Positions 54,150 to 61,830 of a DNA stretch of 61,830 bases are shown here, piece by piece. A program made the translations under genes and the position numbers. Positions within the stretch are counted from its first letter, which is position 1. Each line of letters starts with the position of its first letter. Origin of the DNA: a bacterium. GTDB taxonomy: Bacteria; J088; JAWLBW01. The notes below the pieces were generated by a model. The model searched no databases, was not told the origin of the DNA, and saw nothing but the letters and a program-made list of their open reading frames with translations. The stretch is from assembly GCA_041690355.1 (NCBI GenBank), contig JAWLHK010000027.1, positions 1 to 61,830 of the forward strand. The letters run 5' to 3'.

Positions 54150-55006
54150 GTGCCTCCGGTCGAACTGGCGTTCGACAGCCCCGAAAGCCTCCGGGCGGCC
54201 CTCGAAGACATCCGCAGGACCGCCAGGGTCACCCCGGACCATCCCGTTGCCGGCACGGTAACCGTGCGCGTGCGCTTCGGTGCGCACACGCTCGAGCTGA
54301 TGGGCATCGGGCGAGAGCGCTTTGTTCTTCTGACCGACGAGCCGTCCGACCTGCGGTATCAGACGGAACGGTTTCTCGACGCGGTCGGCCTGGCCGGCGG
54401 CGAACCGGTGGCGGCGCCGTCGAACGGGAGGGCCGAGTCCCCCGCAGCCGTGCCCCCTATCGTACAGGACGCGGGGGCCGCACCCGAATCTTCACTGCCC
54501 GGCGCAGACGAACCCGAGGGCGCCGGTTCCGAGGCCGGCGAGGCCGACGAGGCCGAAGTCGAGGCCCTGCGCCGCGAATACCAGGGCAAGGACCCCATCG
54601 TGCAGGAGCTCAAGCGCATTCAGGCGCTGCCGGTTCCCCAGAAGCTGCGGCTCGCCCAGGACGGCGACCTCATGCAGCGCAATCTGCTGATGCGCATGTA
54701 CGGCAAGATGGTGTTCGAGGCGCTTCTGCACAACCGCGCATCACCGAGGCCGAGGTGGCGAAGCTGGCGAAACTGGCGACCCTCCCCGCGCACCTGCTGA
54801 CCGCCATCGCGGCGCGGGGCAACTGGGTGCGCAACGAGCGCATCCGAAACGCGCTGCTCGGCAACTTCCGCCTGCCGCAGGCCATCGTGCAGAAGATCGT
54901 CTCGACCCTCACGAAACAGGAAGTGCGCGGACTGCTGCAGCGCCGCGACCTGCCGCAGGCCGTGCAGGCCGCCGTCCGTCAGCAGGCGGCGCGCCTGTCC
55001 AGTTGA
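54150..55006 (+). pseudogene. Conserved-type helical-repeat protein split by a 1-nt frameshift near 54735 (pseudogene or assembly error)
   Basis: Adding one C to caaccgcgcatc joins ORFs 54150-54800 and 54755-55006 as LLHNPRITEAEVAKLAK. Confidence 0.8.
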
Positions 55007-55126
55007 GATTGCCGCTCCGGCCGTCCATCCCCCGGAGCCGCGGCCGACAGCGCGCGGTTCTCCGTTCTTTCCGCGGCGGAACCCTGTACAATCATGGCTT
55101 CCACTTTCGGGGGCGGCAGAGAACAC

Positions 55127-56251
55127 ATGGCAGAGACCGTGCAGGAAATCCGGGCGTCAGAACCGGGGCGCATCGATCGGACGGTTCAGGAGCTGACCGG
55201 GCTCACCCGTGCGCGGGTACGGGCGCTGTTCGACAACGGCTGCGTGAGCCGCAACGGAAAGCCCGTGGCCGAGGCCGGCGAATTGATCCGGGCGGGCGAT
55301 CGCATCCGCGTAAAGTTCGACCCGGAGCGCCGATACCGCGAGCGGCCCCCCGTGCGCTCCTCGAAGTTCCGCCTCCTGTTCGAGGACGAGCACCTCGTCG
55401 TCGTCGACAAGCCGTCCGGCATCCTCAGTGTGCCGACCGAGAAGCGCGAGCCCAATACGCTCGTGCACGAGGTCGCGAAGTATGTGAACCGGGGGCCGAT
55501 CATCCGCCGCAAGGTCGGGATCGTCCACCGGCTCGATCGCGACACCTCGGGCGTGCTCGTCTTCGGCAAGACCGAGGGAATCGCGCGGGCGCTCAAGGAC
55601 CAGTTCGCGGCCCGCAAGCCCGAGCGCGTGTACCTGGCCTTCGTCGCGGGCGCGCTCGAGCCGGCCGAGGGGACCTTTCGCAGCCACCTGGCGACGGCCC
55701 CCGACCTCGACCAGTACTCCACTGCCGACGCCACGCGGGGAAAGCTCGCCGTCACGCACTACCGGGTCCTGGAGCGCACTGACGTCTGGTCGTTCGTCGA
55801 GGTGACGCTCGAGACCGGGCGGCGCAACCAGATCCGCGTGCATATGGCCGAGGCCGGGCACCCGGTGCTCGGCGACACCCGCTATCGCAAGGATCTCGCT
55901 TCACGGGGCGGGTGGCGCCCGCGGAGGCTGGCGCTGCACGCGGCCGTGCTCGGCTTCACGCATCCGATCACCGGCGAAAAACTGCGCTTCGAGTCGGCGC
56001 TGCCGCCGGAGTTTGCCGCCTTTCGCCGAGCGGCGAGGCAGGCACCCGCAGGCGAGGAGCCTCGCGCCGCCCATGCGAAACCGGCGCCCCAGGGGGCTCC
56101 GGCAAAGCGGGGCGCGCCCCGGGATTCGGCGCCGCGCGATTCAGCCCATCGTAAGCCCGCACGTCAGCCCGCACGTCGCGGCTCCCCACCCCCGGAATCC
56201 GCCCCCCGGCCTACCGTCGACCCGAAAAAGCGCAAGCGCCCGAAGGCTTGA
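55127..56251 (+). CDS. RluA/RluD-family RNA pseudouridine synthase with a basic low-complexity tail
   Basis: S4-like N-terminus; VVDKPSG; VHRLDRDTSG; LETGRRNQIRVH; LHA..LGF.HP. Confidence 0.95.
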   Translation: MAETVQEIRASEPGRIDRTVQELTGLTRARVRALFDNGCVSRNGKPVAEAGELIRAGDRIRVKFDPERRYRERPPVRSSKFRLLFEDEHLVVVDKPSGILSVPTEKREPNTLVHEVAKYVNRGPIIRRKVGIVHRLDRDTSGVLVFGKTEGIARALKDQFAARKPERVYLAFVAGALEPAEGTFRSHLATAPDLDQYSTADATRGKLAVTHYRVLERTDVWSFVEVTLETGRRNQIRVHMAEAGHPVLGDTRYRKDLASRGGWRPRRLALHAAVLGFTHPITGEKLRFESALPPEFAAFRRAARQAPAGEEPRAAHAKPAPQGAPAKRGAPRDSAPRDSAHRKPARQPARRGSPPPESAPRPTVDPKKRKRPKA

Positions 56252-56301
56252 CGCATATGCTCCTCTCGACGACACTGAACGTTCGCCCAGGGAGGACCGG
56301 A

Positions 56302-56877
56302 ATGACCACCCAATCCGTTTCAACCGCTGCCGGGCAGCTGCCGCCCCTGCTGCAGCGCGTCGTCGATCTCAGCCCGCGCCTGTGGATGGCCGCCGATCGC
56401 TCGCCGCTTTTCCGGCATCTCGTTTTTCGACCCGCCAGCTACGGGCTGCTTCTCGGCGCGCTCGTCGCGCGGCGCCTGGGGGGGCCGCGGACGTGGGACG
56501 AATACATCCGCCCGTTCATGCGCGCCTTCGGCCGCGCGCGCACGGGCCCACTCGCCGCGTACCTGAAGCTCGACCCGCAGGACATGGGCGACCTGGGCCG
56601 CCTGCAGGATTTCGAGGATCGCATGTGGGGGGTCGAAGGGCATTGGGAATCGCGCGGGAAAGACGAGGCCGTCAAGGTCGAGACCGCGTGCCCCTATGCG
56701 GCCATGATCCGGCGCTTCGATCTGCCGGAGTTCTGCACCGACGTCATTCACCACTTCGAATCGGCTACCTACGAAGCGCTCAATCCGTCCTATACGCTCG
56801 CGCCGCTCGACGGCACGCTGCTGTCAAAAGGAGACGGCCCCTGCCGCTTCTGCCACCGCCTGCGCACGACGAGCTGA
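56302..56877 (+). CDS. Hypothetical protein, ATC-hydrolase/V4R-like Cys pattern
   Basis: GGAGG RBS; CPYA....C......E...LNP....GDGPCRF. Confidence 0.6.
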   Translation: MTTQSVSTAAGQLPPLLQRVVDLSPRLWMAADRSPLFRHLVFRPASYGLLLGALVARRLGGPRTWDEYIRPFMRAFGRARTGPLAAYLKLDPQDMGDLGRLQDFEDRMWGVEGHWESRGKDEAVKVETACPYAAMIRRFDLPEFCTDVIHHFESATYEALNPSYTLAPLDGTLLSKGDGPCRFCHRLRTTS

Positions 56878-56895
56878 GGGCCGAAGAAGGGGCCG

Positions 56896-58095
56896 TTAGT
56901 CCGGGCGGTTCCCGTACGGATCCGGGGGGAGCATGATGCGTACCCGCCCGCGCAGCGTGCGGATATGCTCCACCGAACGAAACGTGCGGTACTCGGCCGG
57001 CCGCCCCATGGCCTGCAGGAGTTCGCGCCGCAGATCGAGGGCCGCGACGCTCTGCCCGTGGGCCGCGAGGTAGTCGGCCCGTTCGGCCTGCAGGCGATAG
57101 AGCTCGGCCAGACGGCCATCCCGGGCAGGCGAGCGGGGCAGGGCGCGCGCGAAGCGGAGCTCGGCGGCAAGTTCGTCATCGTCGGCGGGCGGCGGACGGC
57201 AGCCGAGCCTGCGGCGAAGGTGAAGCGCGGCCTGCATCGCGGGGGACAATCCGCTCAGATTGCCGCGTAGCCGGCCGCCGTTCCAGTCGACCACGACGCG
57301 CCCGTCGCACGTCCGGTACTCGATGCCGTGCGGGATGAGCCGGAGCGGATCGAGACGGCGCCCGGCCATGAGGTGCTCGGCTAGTGCGGCCGCCGCCATG
57401 CGGTACGCGGCGTCGTTCAGGCCCAGCCGCGCATAGTCTTCGAACGCGCCGGCGAGGTCGCCTCCGGCCAGCTTCACTTCGGCCTGCCAGCCGCCCTCTT
57501 CGGCCGGTGCCGGCAGCGAAAGCCACAGCGTCGCCAGCGCATCGTCGTCGAGCAGCGACTGAAATCCCGCGCCCGTGATGGCTTCGCGCACCTGGGCCGC
57601 GGTCGTGGTGTCGGCGGCCATCCCCTGCAGAAAGATTGCGCTGCGCTCCCGCAGAAGCCGGACGCGGTCGCTCGCGTCGGGGGCACGGCGCAGGATTTCG
57701 ACGAGCACGGGAAGACCCGAGGGGCCCGTCGCAAAGTGCTCGGTCAGCTCAGAAAGCGTGTCGGCCGGAACGAGCCGGAAATCGACCTTCGCGAGCCACG
57801 GGGCCGCCTCGCGGGCCGGCAGCGAACGGATGTACGCCGCCAGCCACGCCTGTTCGACCGTTCTCGTGCGCTCGTCGGCGGGTTGCTGCCACCGCCGCTC
57901 GGGAGCGCCGAATGCGCGCCCCAGCTCGACGCCGCAGAAGTGAACGAGGCGTTCGGGCGGCAGCGTGATCTCGGCTGCGAGCGCCTGCCGCTCTACCGCA
58001 CTCCCCATCATGAGGATGCGAGCCACGTGGGCGCAGTGCGGCCCCTCGTCGTCGTTCGAGAATCCAAGAAGGAGAGTAATGAGCAGGGTAAGCAT
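56896..58095 (-). CDS. Hypothetical exported helical protein
   Basis: 399-aa ORF filling the gap; short hydrophobic N-terminus; no recognised motif. Confidence 0.65.
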   Translation of the reverse strand: MLTLLITLLLGFSNDDEGPHCAHVARILMMGSAVERQALAAEITLPPERLVHFCGVELGRAFGAPERRWQQPADERTRTVEQAWLAAYIRSLPAREAAPWLAKVDFRLVPADTLSELTEHFATGPSGLPVLVEILRRAPDASDRVRLLRERSAIFLQGMAADTTTAAQVREAITGAGFQSLLDDDALATLWLSLPAPAEEGGWQAEVKLAGGDLAGAFEDYARLGLNDAAYRMAAAALAEHLMAGRRLDPLRLIPHGIEYRTCDGRVVVDWNGGRLRGNLSGLSPAMQAALHLRRRLGCRPPPADDDELAAELRFARALPRSPARDGRLAELYRLQAERADYLAAHGQSVAALDLRRELLQAMGRPAEYRTFRSVEHIRTLRGRVRIMLPPDPYGNRPD

Positions 58096-58189
58096 CAGAC
58101 GCGTCCGCCAGGCATGGTGTCAGGAGCCCTCAATCGGCATGGGCCCGCCCGTGCAGAATCGTGCGGCCCCCCGTAGGATGATAGCCGCG

Positions 58190-58597
58190 ATGCAGGCACC
58201 GGCCAAGCAACCCGTCAGCGTACTCGTGGTCGACGACGACCCGGATATCCGGGAGAGCATCCGGCTCTTTCTGGAGGCCCATGGATACGCCGTGACGACC
58301 GCGCGCGACGGGGCCGAAGGGCTCGAACGCCTCACCGTGGATCCCCCCGACGTACTGCTGCTCGATCTCATGATGCCGGGCATGAGCGGAACCGAACTGA
58401 TGGTGCGCATGCGCGAACTGCGCCTGCACATTCCCACGGTCGTCATTTCGGCCGACACCGAGGCGCCCCGGCGCCTGCGCGGCCAGGCTGCCGAGGGGAT
58501 GCTGATCAAACCGTTCAGCCTGGCTTCGCTGCTGCCGATCATCGAGCGGCAGGCCCGCCGCGGCGCGGGGGCGAGGGCCGGCGATCCTCAGCCCTGA
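58190..58597 (+). CDS. Single-domain response regulator
   Basis: VLVVDDD; LLDLMMPGMSG; VISA; KPF. Confidence 0.92.
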   Translation: MQAPAKQPVSVLVVDDDPDIRESIRLFLEAHGYAVTTARDGAEGLERLTVDPPDVLLLDLMMPGMSGTELMVRMRELRLHIPTVVISADTEAPRRLRGQAAEGMLIKPFSLASLLPIIERQARRGAGARAGDPQP

Positions 58598-59046
58598 ACC
58601 TGCTGAGAAATGATCAGGTTCTCGTTGGCCTGACGCAAGCGGTTGCAGAGCGCCTTCGTAAACGCGCGGTATACCTTGAGGGCAGTCGCTTCGTTCTGCT
58701 CGAGAATCTCTTCGAAATCGGCGTGCGAAATCGTCAGAAGCTCCGAGTCGTCGAGGGCGACGACGGTGGCGCTGCGCGGATTGTCGTCGATGAGCGCGAT
58801 CTCGCCGAAGTGATTGCCGGGGAGCAGGTGGGTGATCTTCTTCTTGTGGAGACCGAGCCCCTTGTAGATGTCGACCGCGCCCTTCTTGATGATGTAGAGC
58901 ATGCGATCGGTCAGCTCGCCCTCGCGGATAATCTCCGTGCCACGTGGAACCTTGACGGTCTTGAGCACGCGGTTGATCGGGATCAGTTCCATGCTCGTCA
59001 GCTCACGGAAAATGAAGACCGTCTTCAGATATTCCGTATTCTCCAT
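58588..59046 (-). CDS. Stand-alone cyclic-nucleotide-binding domain protein
   Basis: IIREGE; YIIKKG.V; FGEIALID..PRSATV.A. Confidence 0.93.
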   Translation of the reverse strand: MENTEYLKTVFIFRELTSMELIPINRVLKTVKVPRGTEIIREGELTDRMLYIIKKGAVDIYKGLGLHKKKITHLLPGNHFGEIALIDDNPRSATVVALDDSELLTISHADFEEILEQNEATALKVYRAFTKALCNRLRQANENLIISQQVQG

Positions 59047-60003
59047 TCACGCCTCCAGCAACTGTTCGGTGGCCAGCAGACCCTGCGCGAGCAGGGGAAT
59101 CATGAGTTCGTGCTGACCGGTCAGGTGAAATCCTCTGCCGCCCCCGCCCGTCGGCCGTCCGACGACATTGGTCAGGGGACGGTAGTGACGGACAAAATCG
59201 AAATTCACGGTCGTGAACTGATCGACCCGGTGCCCCAGATTGCGCACGAGCGTGAGCGCTTTGAGGAATACTTCGGGCATCAGCACGGCCGAACCGACGT
59301 TGAGGTACACGCCCGCCTCGAGCTGGGCCGTGACCCCCGCGAAAATGCGGAAATCCTGCAGGGTCGCGGCTCCGATGGCGGCGCCGTCGGCGGTCGGATG
59401 CAGGTGTACGACGTCGGTGCCCAGGGCGACGTGGGCCGTGACGGGGACGCCGAGATCGATCGCGCGGGCGAGGATCGACACGTCGGCGTGCGGCGCCCCG
59501 TGGGCGACGAGCCGCTTCGCGACGGCGCCGGCAAGCCCCTCGCCCCGCGAAGCCGCCTCACGGGCGGCCCCGTTCAGAAATTCAGCCGTTTCGAGCGTGA
59601 CGCCGAAGCTGCCGTCGCGCAGGCTCTCGTCGACGTCTTCGCTCGTGCGCCCGGCCAGGGCGATCTCGACGTCGTGAACCAGTACGGCGCCGTTCATCGA
59701 CAGGGCCGAAACGTAGCCGCGCTCCATGAGTTCGATGAGCACGGGCGCGAGGCCGACCTTGACGACGTGGGCCCCGATGGACCAGTGGAGCACGCGCCCG
59801 CCCCGGCGCGCGGTCACGATGCGCGCGGCAATCTCGCGCAGATCGGCCGCGCCGAGGAGGTTCGGCAGGCCGCTCCAGAAATCGGCGAAGCTGGCGCCGT
59901 TCTGCGGACGCCGGGCGAAGTCCTCCCGGTGCACCTTGCTCTTGCGCTCTGCCAGGCGGGTATAGCGGATATCTCCGGGCGCTATCGGATCGCCGAGCTT
60001 CAT
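59047..60003 (-). CDS. GSU2086-like protein (deoxyhypusine-synthase-like fold)
   Basis: ERKSKV; GAHVVKVGL; HDVEIAL.G.TSEDV; GSAV.MPEVFLKA; HYRP..NVV.RP; GQHELM. Confidence 0.8.
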   Translation of the reverse strand: MKLGDPIAPGDIRYTRLAERKSKVHREDFARRPQNGASFADFWSGLPNLLGAADLREIAARIVTARRGGRVLHWSIGAHVVKVGLAPVLIELMERGYVSALSMNGAVLVHDVEIALAGRTSEDVDESLRDGSFGVTLETAEFLNGAAREAASRGEGLAGAVAKRLVAHGAPHADVSILARAIDLGVPVTAHVALGTDVVHLHPTADGAAIGAATLQDFRIFAGVTAQLEAGVYLNVGSAVLMPEVFLKALTLVRNLGHRVDQFTTVNFDFVRHYRPLTNVVGRPTGGGGRGFHLTGQHELMIPLLAQGLLATEQLLEA

Positions 60004-60587
60004 GTCGCTGGCATGAAAAGCACCTCGTCGACGATCTCGCACACGGTGTGCTCGATCATGAGGTGCACTTCCTGAATCCGTGCGGTGTCCTGCAGCGGCA
60101 CGATGACGGGAATGTCGACGAGCGGCGCGGCCTTGCCGCCGTCGCGCCCGAGCAGGCCGGCGGTCACGAGGCCGCGCTGCTTGGCCGCCTGGAGGGCGCG
60201 GATGATGTTCGGCGAATTACCGCTCGTCGTGATCGCGAGCAGAAGGTCGCCGGGCTGCCCGAGCGCCTCGATCTGTTTGACGAAGACTTCGTGAAAATGG
60301 AAATCGTTGCCCACGGCCGTGAGAATGCTGCTGTCGGTCGTGAGGGCGATGGCGGCCAGGGGAGGGCGATCGACCTTGTACCGGTTGACCAGCTCGGCCG
60401 CCAGATGCTGGGCATCGGCGGCGCTGCCGCCGTTTCCGCAGAGGAGCACTTTGCGGCCGGTGCGATAGACCTCGATGACCGCTTCGACCAGCGGGGCGGT
60501 CTGGGCGCCCATTGCCTCGGCCACCCGGGCGGCCGAGCGTCCGGCTTCGCCGAGCAGGGCGCGGGTGCGTTCGCGAACGTCAATCAT
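60000..60587 (-). CDS. gmhA: D-sedoheptulose-7-phosphate isomerase
   Basis: CGNGGSAADAQHLAAE; TAVGNDF; TTSGNS.N; TARIQEVH. Confidence 0.97.
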   Translation of the reverse strand: MIDVRERTRALLGEAGRSAARVAEAMGAQTAPLVEAVIEVYRTGRKVLLCGNGGSAADAQHLAAELVNRYKVDRPPLAAIALTTDSSILTAVGNDFHFHEVFVKQIEALGQPGDLLLAITTSGNSPNIIRALQAAKQRGLVTAGLLGRDGGKAAPLVDIPVIVPLQDTARIQEVHLMIEHTVCEIVDEVLFMPAT

Positions 60588-60752
60588 GCGGGAACATTTC
60601 CATCCGCCGGGAGTGCGGGCCAGCCGGCCTCCGGGCCTGCAGTCATTCAATCACAGCCCGCCGGGAGGGCGCAAACGGCCTCGGGGGCGTGCGCCCGCCC
60701 CCGTCTTTCGAGTTCCGTCGAGCTCCGGCCCGGCTTCGCCCCCGAATCTTCT

Positions 60753-60883
60753 TTGACAGACGAAGTTACCTCTGCTAACCTGATTAGATTAACTTGCGCT
60801 TGCACAGCGCGGGGTGTGTCATGGTCACCCAGGGCACGCTTTCCGGGCTGTGAGTTGCGTCAACGGCAAGACCACGGTAAACT
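60753..60883 (+). promoter_or_regulatory. Tandem sigma70-type promoters of the tRNA-tuf operon
   Basis: TTGACA-17-TAACCT (60753-60781) and TTGCGT-17-TAAACT (60855-60883). Confidence 0.65.
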
Positions 60884-60899
60884 GATCGTTTTCCTGTCT

Positions 60900-60975
60900 G
60901 CTGGCGTAGCTCAACTGGCAGAGCACCTGACTTGTAATCAGGAGGTTATCGGTTCGATTCCGATCGCCAGCTCCA
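60900..60975 (+). tRNA. tRNA-Thr(TGT)
   Basis: 76-nt cloverleaf, anticodon loop CTTGTAA, TTCGA, encoded CCA. Confidence 0.97.
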
Positions 60976-61044
60976 TCGTCACAGGCGCACCCGGTAACGC
61001 GTCCGCGTACATCCAGCAGGCACGACCGGTCGGTTATCGCACTC

Positions 61045-61129
<85 letters not shown>

Positions 61130-61186
61130 CTTTTTCTGGATGGTTTTCAGTTCGGTTGTTTGTTTCGGGGTAGTACGGGTTGATTA

Positions 61187-61262
<76 letters not shown>

Positions 61263-61276
61263 GATTTGAATGCAAG

Positions 61277-61352
61277 GCCCACGTAGCTCAGATGGTAGAG
61301 CACGTCCTTGGTAAGGACGAGGTCACCAGTTCAATCCTGGTCGTGGGCTCCA
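61277..61352 (+). tRNA. tRNA-Thr(GGT)
   Basis: 76 nt, loop TTGGTAA, encoded CCA. Confidence 0.97.
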
Positions 61353-61389
61353 GTTTTCACCTTATCTTCGACGCCGAGGAGAGCGAAGC

Positions 61390-61830
<441 letters not shown>

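Overview
GC-rich bacterial chromosomal window. The ileS-lspA-lgt order, gmhA next to a GSU2086-like gene, a REC-PilZ regulator and a TIGR02147-type gene point to a deltaproteobacterial/Myxococcota-like lineage (inference). Housekeeping blocks are ileS-lspA-lspA-lgt-ppc, a 2-oxoacid:ferredoxin oxidoreductase pair, an RluA-family gene, gmhA, and tRNA-Thr/Tyr/Gly/Thr followed by tuf (cut by the window end). Accessory genes between them include: a NarL-type two-component pair; a TIGR02147 gene divergent from two lipoproteins, plus a large invasin-like adhesin; a PEP-utilizer/rifampicin-phosphotransferase-like enzyme; an acetoacetate-decarboxylase-like/flavoprotein fusion; a BrnTA toxin-antitoxin pair; a carotenoid-oxygenase-family gene; and a type III PKS cluster with UbiA, flavoprotein, methyltransferase and hydrolase genes. 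The most striking unexplained structure is non-coding. At least seven families of 7-bp tandem tracts sit at gene ends, often supplying the stop codon. They combine with a shared GGCAAGG core and with REP/MITE-like palindromes into composite elements, one inverted pair of which brackets a two-gene cassette. No transposase, integrase, reverse transcriptase or cas gene is visible. Three decayed or frameshifted genes were found. All product calls come from motif recognition by eye, with no database searches.
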